64,000 nucleotides of DNA from Lama guanicoe (taxonomy: Eukaryota), in the NCBI GenBank assembly GCA_013239625.1, contig MU053379.1:3826866-3890865 (forward strand), read 5' to 3'. The notes under the pieces are model-generated. The model had not been told where the DNA came from. It ran no database searches and worked only from the letters and a program-made list of their open reading frames with translations. How positions within the stretch are numbered: position 1 is the stretch's first letter; every line of letters begins with the position of its first letter. Positions 24,213 through 37,000 of this stretch are shown here, piece by piece. The translations under genes and the position numbers were made by a program.

Positions 24213-24300
24213 ATATGCATGTGTGTGCATGTGTCTGAGCATGTGTGCATGCGCGTGTGTGGTGTGTATGTGCCGTGTGCATGCCTGTGTGAGTGTGTAT
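24213..24300. repeat. Degenerate (TG)n/(TGCA)n repeat
   Basis: Directly visible. Confidence 0.8.
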
Positions 24301-25044
24301 TTATATTCTGTTTGTCCTATTAACCCCTTCACTCAAGTGTAACTCTCTTTGCTCTGCACTCTGTGCCTCTTTTGTCTTGTCTGGCTTTCCTTTAATGTTT
24401 CCACAGTTTTGATCAAATGCTCACCCTGGCATTTGAGGGGCCCTCTTCCCTTGCTGTGTCCCTTGTTCCTGCCTATCACTGCTTGCCTCTGGGATGGGAT
24501 GTAGGTTCTGAGCTGGAGGCTGGGGGCAGCGTGTGTGTGTGGCCGAGCTGCGTTGGGTACTCACGATCTTCTGTGTTTGGTGAGCTCCCAGCCCCCGCAC
24601 TGCCGTTCTCAGCCCGGCTGACACCCTTGTGTGTGCTGTTGGCGGCACGGAAGCGGGGGGAGGAGCAGCGGCCACCTGCCTCTGCGCAGGTCCCCAGCTG
24701 CTCCCCCGAGTAGGGGGCACGTTTCTCCCTCCGTCAGCCACCTCTGAACTGGAACCATGTCTCAAACATCTGCCCCACCTGCCATCCCGAGCCACGCGAC
24801 TTGTTTGGATGGGGACTGACTTTCGTGTCCATGTTCTCTTTTCACACTTTAGGAGAGAAGCCTGCAAACCGCCGGCCCTGGACCCCCCGTGCTGCCTCCC
24901 CGCTGCCGCGGTGGAGCTCAGCCATCGCCACACGGACTGGTGGCTTCCAGGGCCCCCGACAGTCACTATTTGGCCCTTTATAGAGACTGTCTTCTGACCC
25001 CTACTTTAGGAGGCTTTTTAAAACTCCCCCCTGCGGTTCATTTA

Positions 25045-25213
25045 TTTTTTAATGTAATTTTTAGTTATTTTTTAAATTGAAGTACAGTCAGTTACAGCGT
25101 GGCAGTTTCTGATACTCAGCACACTGTCCCAGGCACGCACGTACATACGTGTATTCGTCTTCATGTTCTTTTTCATTAAAGGTTGTTGAACACAGTTCCC
25201 TGTGCTATACAGA
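25045..25213 (-). mobile_element. Short L1 3' end
   Basis: TTTTAAATTGAAGTACAGTCAGTTAC...TTGAACACAGTTCCCTGTGCTATACAG. Confidence 0.85.
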
Positions 25214-26604
25214 ATCTCTTCATTAATAGATTTAGATCTGAAGCCCAGTAAAGGCCACATGTAGCGTAATGATTAATTTTGCCGGGGTCTGGAAGACCCT
25301 CATACTGCAAAGCACTGGCAGATTTTAACGCGTGCAGCTTCTCTTCACGCCTCGATTAACGGGCATCGAGGCTGGAGAAGGCTCCGCGCTGGTGAGCGAG
25401 GTCAGCGCTGCGGGCCTAGCCCAGGGAGCGAGATCCTTCGTCTTAGGAGGGCGGGCGGTTTAGTTGGAAAGAGAGCATCCTTGCTGTTTAGGAAACAACA
25501 CCAGGAAGCGCTGGCACGGGCGCTGTGGGCACGTCGCTGCTTCAGGCTCCCTGGGAGGCCCCAGGGGACGAGGCCTCCCAAGCCGACTAGCTCGCAGACT
25601 TGGATTTGCACCCTGAAAAATGATGACCTTCATTCTAGCCTCAAAATGTGCTGAAGGATGACCTTTAGGCGTGGTGTACCTGGGCTAGTAGGTGTCAGCT
25701 CTCCCAAAAGCTGCATTCCAAGTGTCTTTACTCAATTAGAAAAGCTCTGTCATTCCCGGGCTGATACGTAGACAGCCTCTGCAAACTCAAACCACACTGT
25801 CCCCTTCCTTCTTCTATGTGGCTTCACATGATTGAAATCTGAAGTCTGACTTCCCTGGCCTGTGAGGCCTCCAGGTCGGGTGGCCCAAATGGAAATACCT
25901 GGCCACGAGGAGTTCCTGGGCTCTGGCTCCGTGAGGAAGCGACGGTGCTTCCGCGGAAGGCAGTGGCGGCTTGTCGGCTGACCGAAGCTTGGGCGGGAAC
26001 TCGCTGCGTAAGCAAGTAACCGAATCTGCTTCTTCTCTGTAGTGTGCAGCGCGAGGCCATTTTAATGTTTGCATAGCGGGGCTTCTCTTGGAAAACATCC
26101 TCGAACATACCATGGAGCAGTGTCAACTGTAATATAAAGTGTCCCAGAAATCTCGCAATTTACGAGTTAAACGGCACACCTGGGGATTGCAGGGCTTTTC
26201 CAGCCGCTCGCAGTAGCCCGATGACTGATTTAGCAGAGAGGAAGCGCGAGGATCACCCTGGTCGCCCTGTACCGTTTTCCTGTCTCGCTGACTTCAGAGA
26301 TTTAGGGGCACGGAGGGGTAGGAGTCTGCAGGATTTGTACATCTTTTGGGCAACATTTTAGAGTCAATCTTGAAGAGGAAGAATGGTCCTCAGATAGGTT
26401 CCCACATCTCAGTACTTGTCAACGGCTTTAATTTCCAGACGGCAAGCTCTCTGTGCTCAGCTATTTTTCATGATCTGCTTCTAAAAGTGTAAAGGCTTCT
26501 GGACACTGTGTGTGTTTTTTCTCTGTTGACACCGTGGCCCCGAGAACTGAGGGACACGGCGGGCAGGCTGCAGCTTCAGCTTCTGGATCTACTTCTTAAT
26601 TTCC

Positions 26605-26775
26605 CTTTCCAATCCTCAGTTTTGTTTGTTTTCAAACCTATAAATGGGGATGATAATCATAAGGGTACTTGTCGGGTCGTTGTGAGGATTTCCTTGTCGT
26701 GACGTAAGGTGGCAGATACACAGCCAGCCTCTGGTCCCTTTGGTCAACGCACGGCACACAGAGCGAGTTCTCTCT
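26605..26775 (+). mobile_element. MIR SINE
   Basis: CCTCAGTTT..CTATAAATGGGGATGATAAT..GTTGTGAGGATT core. Confidence 0.7.
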
Positions 26776-27099
26776 AGTGTGTAGAATCACCTGAATAATA
26801 ATGACTTTTAAAGTTTCTGTAATGTTCATCTGTTGCAATAGAAAATAATCTCTTGTTTGTAGAGCCTGCGTTGTCAACTGTGTGGTTCCAGTGATGCTAA
26901 CGTTGCCTTTTCTTATTGATTTTAAGAAGTTAGGGTATTTTGCATTGGTCTCATTTTTTTTTTATACAGTCTCTGTCTGTGTCCCTCTGTCTGCCTGAGC
27001 TTATTCATCCAGCACATAAAATTCAGAAGTCTGGATAATATAGGGATATTTACGTCTTACAAACGTGGTTGTTTCCATGTGCATCCACATTTTGAAAGG

Positions 27100-27400
27100 T
27101 AAACATCCAGAAACAGGCTCACAGAATAGAAAACGAACTTACAGTTACTGGTGGGGTGGGGGAGGGGCGGTAGGGAGGGATACACTGAGAGTTTGGGATT
27201 TGCAGACACAAACTACTGTATATAAAACAGATAAACAACAAGGCCCTACTGTACAGCACAGGGAACTATATTCAATATCTTGCAATAGCCTATAATGAAA
27301 AAGAATGTATCTATGTATGTATGTCTATGACTGAATCACTGTGCTGTACCCCAGAAACCAACACAACAACGTAAGTCAACTAAACTTCAATTAAAAAAAA
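27100..27400 (+). mobile_element. L1 3'UTR with A-tail
   Basis: AAAACAGATAAACAACAAGG..GTACAGCACAGGGAACTATATTCAATATCTTG..CTTCAATTAAAAAAAA. Confidence 0.9.
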
Positions 27401-28009
27401 ACCAAACAAAATATGGCTGGCCCATTGGAGTTCCCAGCAGCCCCAGCGCCGACTCAAAGACGTTAGGACGAGAAGCCACTTTTTTCTCTGATTCCAAGAT
27501 GCATCTCCAGCGCATCTCTGGGGTGATGGACTTGACGTAAACATTTGGAGCACTGGTCTCAGGGGTGAACTTTCCTTCAGCACTGTTGTCATCTCCGCAG
27601 AGCCTCTCATTTCACGGAGTTTCTGGAGGATGCACAAATTAAAGATCAGTGAGGAAGAATATTGAATATCGAAAGTTTGGAAGCATCCATTTTGCCAAAA
27701 CGCCTCAATTCTCCGTCACCGCAGGTGCCCCTGGAAGCACTGACACCCAGTTTCTCACCTCTGCTCTCATACTCTCTGCTCTCCAGATTACACATGGCAA
27801 GGAATTAAATGCCTTGGGTTTAGGCAGTTGGTCTAGCAAATGAATTCTATGCGATCCAGGCGTATTTTTACATCACTTTTTTGTATGACAGTGTTCAAGA
27901 GCTTTTGTGAGCAGCAACCACAGAAAAGATGCAGGTAGCATGAAGGAGGAATTCACAAAGGAAAAAAAATGGAAGTGACCAAGTGAAACAGCAGTAAAGT
28001 ATCTTTCTG

Positions 28010-28580
28010 GCTGCTGATTTGGTGCAGGTCAGAACATGTGTGCAGCCCCTGGGGTGGTGAAGTCCAGGGAAACGGTCTCTCTCACCCTCCGCGGTGAGCT
28101 GTAAACTCATACACCTCTTTGGAGAGCAATTTGGCAACACATGTCCAAATCTTAGATACAGTTCTAGGTGCAAACATGTTCTTTTAGGCATTTAGTCTAT
28201 GGAAAAAAATCTACAAGAAGACGTCGCTGTAAGGACATTTTACCATAGTTCTATTTATAGTAGGAAAAACGTTTCCAATAAATGATGCATCTGCTCATAG
28301 GGAATTACAGCCACGCAGCAGAATATTGTACAGCCAGTACGATTATGTTACAGGAGAACGTACGACGTCTGCAAAATGTGAAGGACGAAGAAGCACAGGT
28401 CACAGAACGGCCTTACAGTTTGAGCCCCTTTTGGTTAAAGTTTATATTTTCATTGAATTTTCTATTTATCTTATACTCGGAAGAGGTTTATATTGAAATA
28501 ACAGTACTGGAGTGATGCTGGCTATCCTTTCTGACTTATCTGTATGCTTTTCCAGGTTTCCACAATAAACATGCACTTTT
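28010..28580 (+). mobile_element. Old L1 (L1ME-like) 3' fragment
   Basis: TTTGGAGAGCAATTTGGCAA and TTTCCACAATAAACATG motifs; highly diverged. Confidence 0.6.
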
Positions 28581-29430
28581 TGCAAGATGGGCAAAGAATG
28601 GTGCTTTGTTATTTTACACAGAAGAGACCATAAGAATATTTTAAGTTTTCATTCAGCGATTCCAAATTCTCTGGGCTTAGAATCAAGCCAGATAATAGAC
28701 ACAGTCAATAAATCTAACTGTTACACCTGCTGATTTGATTCTCAGTTAAGTGGATTACTTTTCTAAAGCAATTTAGATGAAATTCTGAGTAAAGATCAAC
28801 TCTTTAAAAAATCCATATTTTCCTTTTGTTGAGTAAAACCAGTAACACTGATGTTATTATAAAGGAAAAACAGAATCAGAGGGCAATAAACTTGGTCAAG
28901 CTTGCTGGGAAAACACTTCTGAATAAGTTCTTTTAAAGGGTCATGACCAACCTCGCTTCAAACCCCAAACCTTGTCTTCCCAGGTGTTCTGTTAGGAATG
29001 AAAAACCGGAGCGACTTACATGAGAAATCCTCCTCGACGTGCCACTTACGCACCACGGCACCTCCTGCTCTCTGCAGACTCATGTCAGCTCCTGGGCTCT
29101 GGCCAAGAGTTGCTTCTTAAGTATTTGCCAATATTTCAGTATTTTTCCTGAAATAAGATTATGGAGACCCAGTGATTTATTCAAACGTGTTACCTAAAAG
29201 CCTACTTGCTAAATGCAAAGTTCAGGTTCGTTTCGTGAGAACAAGGCAGCCTTTCTCGTGCCCTGGTCGTAGGACTTTGCTGAACGATGAGCCTGAGTGT
29301 GCTGATATGTGTGGGTCCTTTTACATTTGGAGTAGCTCATGTTTCAATTCTTTTCTAAGGAAATTGAAGAACTTTCCCTGCTTCCCGTTGATTGGGGTTA
29401 CTCCTTCACTCGCATCTCTTTCCTTTTAAG

Positions 29431-29580
29431 ACTCAGAGACTGGAAGTATCTGAGGGCCCAGGTGGAGAAATCTCTGCTCATCGACTTCCTGCCCTGGAGA
29501 CCACATGGGATCCAAATCCACTGTTTTCTTCTGCTGACCCTCCTTACTTAGTGCACTTGCAACCTTTTATGTCAAAGTGA
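29431..29580 (+). CDS. Candidate terminal exon (stop at 29549-29551 or 29578-29580 depending on frame)
   Basis: Acceptor CATCTCTTTCCTTTTAAG|; open in both frames inherited from the 20521 exon. Chosen post hoc from several possible acceptors. Confidence 0.22.
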   Translation, partial: TQRLEVSEGPGGEISAHRLPALETTWDPNPLFSSADPPYLVHLQPFMSK

Positions 29581-29587
29581 TGTACTC

Positions 29588-30480
29588 TTTTCTTTTTTAA
29601 ATATTTAAGTACAGTTAGTTACAATGTGTCAATTTCTGGTGTCCAGCACCATGTCCCAGTCATGCATACACATACATGGGTTCGTTTTCATAGTCTTTTT
29701 CATTAAAGATTATTACAAGATATTGAACATGGTTCCCTGTGGTATACAGAAGAAGTGTGTTTTTTAGTCCATTTTTATATACGGTAGTTAACATTTGCAA
29801 ACCTCAGACTCCTGAATTTATCTCTTCCCATCCCCTTCCCCCCAACCCCGTAACCATAAGATTGTTTACTGTGTCTGTGAGTCTGTTTCTGTTTTGTAGA
29901 TAAGTTCATTTGTGTCCTTTTTTTTAAATTCCACATATAAGTGATATCAGATGGTATTTTTCTTTCTCTTTCTGGCCCACTTCACTTAGAATGACGATCT
30001 CCAGGTCCATCCATGTTGCTGCAAATGGCATTATTTTATTCTTTTTTATTGCTGAGTAGTATTCCATTGTATTAACTGACATATAGTTGTACAATAGTAT
30101 GTAAGTTATGGGTGTACAATATAGTGATTCACAATTTTAAAAAGTTTACTCCATTTATAGTTATTGTAAAATATTGGCTATATTCCCCTCATTGTACAAT
30201 ATAATAGTCTGTACCTCTTAACCCCCCACCCTTACTTTGCCCCTCCCCCTTCCCTCTCCCCACTGGGAACCACTGGTTTGTTCTCTAGATCTGTGAGTTG
30301 GCTTCTTTTTAAAAAATTCTTTTTTTCAAACCTGTTCTTTACTACTTTTCTCCCCCGAATTTTTATGTTTTTACTGAAGCGTAGTCGACTTACAATGTTA
30401 GTTTCACACATATACATACATATATATATATTTTTCAGATTCTTTTCCATTACAACTCATTACAAGAAATTGAATATAGC
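29588..30480 (-). mobile_element. Stack of three L1 3' ends (about 29588-30072, 30073-30305, 30361-30480)
   Basis: Three successive restarts of the antisense L1 3'-terminal motif (..TACAAT..), with differing subfamily-type sequence. Confidence 0.85.
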
Positions 30481-32384
30481 ACGTATCTTTTAACCAAAAT
30501 GGAAATCATTTTAAAATAGCGTTTTTGGAGCAATGGCTCTGGGAATCTTCTCCGAGCTCTGTGCGGAGGCGGCCACGAAGATTCTCAGCGTCGTATATAT
30601 TAGGTTTCCCCCCTTTCTTCTTCATAAGGATCATCTTTAGGCTAACGTCAAGGAAACTGAGACAATTTGTTGTTTGAGAGACGGTGAAGCAGCTGAAGGA
30701 GACACCAGATGTCAACCCGAACCGTGGGGTCTCCCGAGGGTCGAGGAAACTAGGAAAAGGCCTGTCCCCTCTCACTCCAATTCCACGGGCCCCTCTCGAG
30801 AGCACGGGCCCCAGAACTGCCCCGGGGGCTGCTGGCTGTGAAGGGACCCGCCAAAGGGGAGCTCTCTACGGCGCCCCCTCGTCTGTGAGTGACTAAGGTT
30901 GACAGCCCGCGGCAGTTTCTGTCTGGTGGCTCAGAACTCGCACACGTGCCAATAGCCGGCTCTGTGTCCTCACTCTCAGACACTCCTGTGCGGCTCATTC
31001 TGCAAGTCCAGCTGTGGCAGGGAGGGGCACATGGAGGAGACTAGGCTCGGAATGTGTGCTTGTCTGATGCCACGTGTTCCCTGACGGTTTCTGGGCCACA
31101 CAGATGTTAATCTCCGTGGTCATGTGTCTGAGGCATTTCATCACTGGGGAACAGCTGAAAGTGGTTGGTGGTACTTGGTGTGGTCCCCGGTCGGTGTTGT
31201 GAGTATGGTCAGAAGTCTGGGGCTCGTGGGACCGTGAGGGAGATGCCTGCACCTCTTCTTGCTGATTTCTGAGCTCGGCTGCCTGACGGCAATTGTTAAA
31301 GTCCAGGTAAGTTTATGCCCCAAAAGTAAGGGTTGGGGTGGAGGGTGGGGGCAGATGCAGCTTTTAGGGAGCCGTCCGGTATCATCTGTTCACCACGCGT
31401 GCCTCTATTACCTACAGCATCGCCCATCAGCAAGATTATTTTCCAGACTGTGTTTTCCCAAAAGCATAATATGCAAACGATCACCCCAAACCAAAGAGAA
31501 ACAGGGCACTGTGTCTAGGGGAGAGGGAAGACTTGCTGAACTTCATCAAGATCCAAGTCTCTCTCTACCGGAGAAAACTTCTTGTTCATATGGCTAAGAA
31601 TTGTAATTTTGGTTAACCCAAATATTTGATTTTGGGGGGTGGTCCTAAAAATAACACATGCATATCTCCAACATTTTCGTTTAACTTAAAGCATCCTTCC
31701 TCATACCCATTTACCAGTCTTTTGATGTTGGACGAAGCCTTGACTCAGAGGGTGTGGTCGTTCATTGAAATTCCCTTTTGCCCTTCTTGCAAAAATCACG
31801 CTCATAAATCTATCCTCTCCAACTTCTGGTTTGGATTTCTCTGAAGCAGAGCAAGGACTGAAGGAGATACAGGTGCAGGATCATTTTATATTTCGTATGC
31901 TGCCCACCCCAGCCCAAGATTAATTGTCTCAGGTACACCGAATCCAAGGAATTTTAGCAACTCATCTTTCTTTAGCCTTTTCAAAACATTTGACTGAGTC
32001 TGTACAGATACAATGCTCTCTTTCTTTGTCCACTCAGATTTCATCAGTGCGTGCAATACTTACTTAAATTTAGCAATGACCACAATTAGCATGAACTATT
32101 TGAGAATAAACACAGTCGATACTGAAGAGGTATGCAAACCCGACGGTGGGTGCAGAACACCCTGGGGGTTGGAGAGGGAGTGGCTTGAGAGATCCAGGGG
32201 TTTGGTATCTGAGGACGAGCCAGAGTGTCTAGAGAGAACGGAAGGAATTCGTTAACCTACCGAGTCCCTCAAGCAGCTAGCACTCAGGATGGGTCACGTG
32301 TGATGGGCTGGAGAAGTCCTCAGTAAAAATTACTTCCCAATATTCGAGGAGTTGCAAATATTCTTCATGGTTTGCAAAAATAAG

Positions 32385-32740
32385 CTAAAAAGAGAAAGAA
32401 AAATACCATATGATATCACTTATATGTCAAATCTAAAAAAAAATGGACACAAAGGAACTATTTACAAAGCAGAGACCGACACAGAAAACAAACTTATGGT
32501 TACTAGGGGAGAAGAGGGTGGGCAGGGATGAAGTGGGAGTTTGAGATTTGCAGACACCTTCTACAAAATACATAAATAACAAGGTCCTACCATGCAGCAC
32601 GGGGAACAACCTATGATGAAAAAAAATGAAAAGAAATATATATATGTGTGTGTGTGTGTGTGTATAACAATCACTATGCTGTACACCAGAAATTAATACA
32701 ACATTGTATATTGACTATATTCAATTAAAAAAAAAAGAAC
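32385..32740 (+). mobile_element. L1 3' end with internal (TA)n(TG)n
   Basis: AAATACCATATGATATCACTTATATG..ATCTAAAAA; ends TTCAATTAAAAAAAAAA. Confidence 0.9.
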
Positions 32741-33959
32741 TAAGAAATCTGAGAACTCTGGGCTCAGAGATGAACACACTAAACCCAGCTTTTGGGCTTC
32801 ATGGTCCACTTTGGAATTCTCTCTCTTGAGAGTCACCTCTTCACTGGTCAAAGAACCAATAGGCCTGTCCCAGTTTCTCCATCATAAGAGTGACGTCTCC
32901 TAGGTCGTAATGCGTATAAGGTCCAGGTCAGCTTATTTGGGATGAAAGTTATGAGTTGGAACTCCACGCAAAGTGATCTGAAACGGGAGGCAGAAGGCAT
33001 CGCCCTCCCCCATGCAGCTGCTCGACACCTCCACCTGCACTCTCGGGGCTCTGCCTGGAACTGCCCATGTTTCTTTCCAGGTAGAGGAATCCAGACCGAT
33101 TGTTCAAATCCGTCGGTGCTGGACCCCCCAGGTGGTCAGAGCTCACTGTGGGGACGGAGCCCCCCTGCTGGCTGCGCTGCCCCCTCCCTTCCCCTCGGGA
33201 GCAAATGCAGGGCTCCTGCGGGGGTGGGGGGGCCCCTCCTCCATGGCAGTGGCAGCATGCTGCCGCCTGAGGATGCCTTGGGTCTCTCTGGGCCACCGTC
33301 TACATGCTGGGAGCAGCACTGCTCTTGGAACAGGACTTGTCCCTAAAGCCAGTGGCAGCTCTGGCCCTTGTCTTGGGGCTTGTGTTTTGAGCTGAAAGTT
33401 GAACTAACCAGCTGCTGATTCTGGCCCGCCCACACTGTCCATCTTTTGGATAAATCTGTTAGTTCTTCGGACCACACAAGTGCAAAGGGTACTTGTAAAT
33501 GACTCTCCTGCCCCCTGACTTCCCTTTAACAGCCCTCCGAGGAAATAAGGTCGCAAGTTCACCGATGGCAGGAAGGCCCACCGGTGGCCTGAGCGATCCC
33601 CCACGTCAGCCTCCCATGCCCAATTCATAAAGAGCCCGCAGTGCCGGTCGAGCCCAACGACTTTTCCATGTGTCTGGCATTTTCAGTTCTAAGCACTGTC
33701 TTCAGCGCTCCTCCAACATGTGTTTGAGAAAGACCCAGCAGTCCCATATTAAGATAATTATTTTCACGGCTGTTTTGAAACACCCCAGTGGTGCCCCGAG
33801 GAACTTCCTACCCAGTAACCTGCACAGTTGGTTCAACAAAAATTGATCCCTAGTCAATCCAATGAATCTAAAACGTTGTTGAGAAATACGCGATTTCATC
33901 ACCTCCAGTCTACGCACCAAAGGGGACTTGGCGACCTCACCGGAGGTGTTGATTCTCTC

Positions 33960-34570
33960 CGTAATTAATGGAAGGACCGTCGGCTGGTGCTGAGTAATCA
34001 GGGACCTCAGAGGCCCGCCGCTGCCGCAATAAACTGGAACAACGCGAGGGGGCAGGAGGGGCGCACGGCCCAGCGCGAGCACGGCCGCCCGGAGGGCCTC
34101 CGAACAGACCGAGGCGTCAATTAGCGTCTGTAAATCTCGTGCCTGTTGCTTTCCCGACACAGATGTCCTGCCCAAGTGTTACATTCTTGGAAGAGCTGTG
34201 CACATAGATTAAATGGCTCCCGTCCCTGGGAACGTGGAGACCTGTATTTGTTTTGTTAGGAGACTTCTAAATACCCCCGGCTTATGCATCAAACAGCTGT
34301 TGGGATGAAGGCTTTTGGCCACCGCAGCGCTTCTGCGCTGGGGCCGGGGTCCAGCTTCCGCGGCGGGGGTCGGACCTGCGAGGCGGGCGCTTCTCGGCCG
34401 GATAGCTCTGCCGTGTGACTTTTAATGGAAACGAAGATAAATGGAAACCTAGCTGGGTCCGTTAACGGTTTTAGCAGCGCGCACAGAGGGATCCCGCGAG
34501 GACCCTCAGAAAGATGACACATGGAGCTTCTGTCGCAAGGCTGAGCTGCCGCTGTGACCCGCACACGCCG
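33960..34570. promoter_or_regulatory. CpG-rich patch next to a homeobox-motif cluster
   Basis: CpG-dense at 34010-34140 and 34320-34570; TAATTA at 33755 and 33962. Confidence 0.45.
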
Positions 34571-35922
34571 CTTCCCAAGCCGTTTCTCAAGGCTGAGTTT
34601 TCTTTTTATTTTGAATGTTACTTTTACTGAGTATAAATGTCGACTTTGCCCTTCCAGCTTCAGCATGTTCAGTCCACGATGGGGGGGGGGGTGGTTAGGA
34701 TGTCTGTGTCCCGACGTGAGAGACACAGGATGTTCACCGGGGAGAGCCGGTTCTCAGGGGGGTGGCTCCACGTTAGCAGTGCTCTTTGGGCAGAAGCTTC
34801 AAGGAATCTCGGTTGCCTTTAAAGTCCCCCAGTGTTCCTGAGGTCCAAGCAGCTAGAACCGCAGACTCTGCTTTGTGACTTGAGGTCACCTGTCATGGAA
34901 AAATAAAACCCTGCCTGCCTTACAATGAGAACCAAATTAATTCGTCTGAGGTCTTCAACCAAGGCTGGTCTCCGGAGTTGTCCCTGAGCTGGAGGATCGC
35001 GGCCCGAGCTGGAGGAAGCGAAGGCTTAGACACAGATTTTTTTCAGTTCTAAAAAGCGGATTCCTTCAGCCTTTGAGAAAGAGCTCAGGGGCAGCAGGGT
35101 GACGGGGCATCCGGAGAGGACTGGGAGGGGCTCCGGGAAGGGGCCCTTCGCGCGTGCAGCGGGGCGGAAGTCGGGAAGCTGCGACTTGTGGGCTGGTTGA
35201 CATGCGGTGAAGCAGATTTTTCATGACTGATGGGAAGCTGCGTTTCTACGGAAGGCTCCTCGCGGCTGGTGGCCGGCAGGCTTTTACTACGTTGTGTCTA
35301 CTACTTAAAGGCTGCCAAGTTTCCCCTCTTTTGATTTACCCAAAGAAAGTGAGGACTCTAGGAGTGAAATGATTTCTTAACCAGTTTGAGTCCACTAAGG
35401 GCGCTTCCGGAGATTTTAAAGGCTCTTTTATAAAGTGCCCATTAAGGACAAGCTTATGCAAGCGAGTTGAATGTGTCATAGTGTGAACTACTTCACTATG
35501 GCCACTTTCCGTTACCAAGTGTTTTGGCAAAATTGAGGTCCTCTAGCGGGGGAGCTAAGTGTGCGATCATTCCAAACTGTTCCAGCTTTGATTGGCACGG
35601 TCTGTGCCTCACATCTGAGCTTACACAATCGGATCCAGAGCTGAGAAGATGTCAAGCTAACCAAAGCAGTTTGATCTCAAACCTGAATATTTTGTATGAT
35701 TTATTCGTATCATTGGCATCAAATACGAGCTTGGGCCTGCAGACGCCTCCTTCCCCTCCTCCCTAACACATCCTTAACTAACCCGGGAGGACACAGGATG
35801 TGCAGGCCTACGGGTGTGTGTGGTTCACACGTTCGTGTCTGTTTTGGGTCAAGTGGATGTATCTGCAGTTGAGAATACCGGGGTGAGGTATAGAACAGCC
35901 TAGTTTCCACTTCATCAGATGA

Positions 35923-36070
35923 AATGTGTGTGCCTGTGTGTGTATTTATGAGTGTCTGTGTGCATATTTGTGCCTGTATGTGCACTGTGTGTACGTGTAT
36001 CGGTGTGTGTGGTGTGCATATGCGTGTCTGTGTCTTGTGCGTGCACGTGTGTCTATGTGTACGCACATGT
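35923..36070. repeat. Degenerate (TG)n repeat
   Basis: Directly visible; source of the Cys/Val-rich ORF 35924-36499. Confidence 0.85.
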
Positions 36071-36269
36071 TGGGGAAGGTGGTGGGGTGAGGTGGGTCAG
36101 AATCTCATGCAGACATCTCCTAAGTCACAGTCTCGCCCCAGCTCTCACTCGTCAGCCCCTCTCCACCCAACTTGGTTGAGAATTATTGCTAAAACGAGGC
36201 AGTTCCTCATGGGACTGTGTTATTTCTCTAAGACATATTCGCTGGGGAATAAAAAAGGTGGGGCACCAC

Positions 36270-36385
36270 TGCGTGCAGTCCCCATGGGGAAAAGCTGGAG
36301 CCCAGAGAAGTTAAACGACTCTTCCAAAGTCACACAGCAAATCCGGGCCAAGCCTGGTTCCCTGGCTCCCCTCCCAGACTCCTGC
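36270..36385 (-). mobile_element. MIR SINE fragment
   Basis: AAGCTGGAGCCCAGAGAAGTTAAACGACTCTTCCAAAGTCACACAGC. Confidence 0.65.
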
Positions 36386-36639
36386 ACACCCTGTCACAAG
36401 GCTGGGATCAGAAAACAGCAGTGTTTCCCATCTGGGTCCCGACCACCCCCCACCCCTCGCCCCGGCACGCTCGCGGTCAGATATGAGTCTTCAAGGTAAA
36501 GCACCGACTTTTATACTCCTGACTCCAAGGAGACACACATCAAAGTGAACACTTCTTCCGAAGTGCGTCCTGTCCCGCTGGTCGCCGTGAGCTGTGTGGG
36601 TGACAGGCTCCGAGAAAATTCCCGTCCCTGAGCCTGGAG

Positions 36640-37000
36640 CACATGCTTTCTGGGGCCTCAGTGATTGCTTCTGGGTCTGGGCAGGTGGGACAATTGCTTA
36701 AGTAACTTCTCTTTCCTCTGGGGCTGCTTGGTTGTGTGGATCTGGGCGGGAGGACTGCTGTCTCCATCTGGGCCTCCAAGGGGAGGCTGCTCGGGGAGGA
36801 AGCTGCAGGGGGATGGAGGGAGACCGGGAGCGAGACTGAGCGCGTGGGCCGCTGGCACCTCTGGGGCCTGGATTTAGCCGTGTCTGTGCAAGCTCCACCT
36901 TGAGACCTTTCGGGACTTCCTATGAGATAATTAATTCCTTTTAATTCCCACTGGAACTTGTTTGAGTTTGGTTTCTGCCCCTTGCACCGGAAAGAATATT
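36640..37000 (+). mobile_element. MLT1-like MaLR LTR
   Basis: CCTGGATTTAGCCGTGTCTG..GGACTT..TTTGAGTTTGGTTTCTG..CTTGCA follows the MLT1 3' pattern. Confidence 0.6.

Noticed and set aside
10472..27540. Four occurrences of TGACGTAA (CRE-like)
   Set aside because: Scattered over 17 kb without clustering; cannot be distinguished from chance in CpG-rich DNA.
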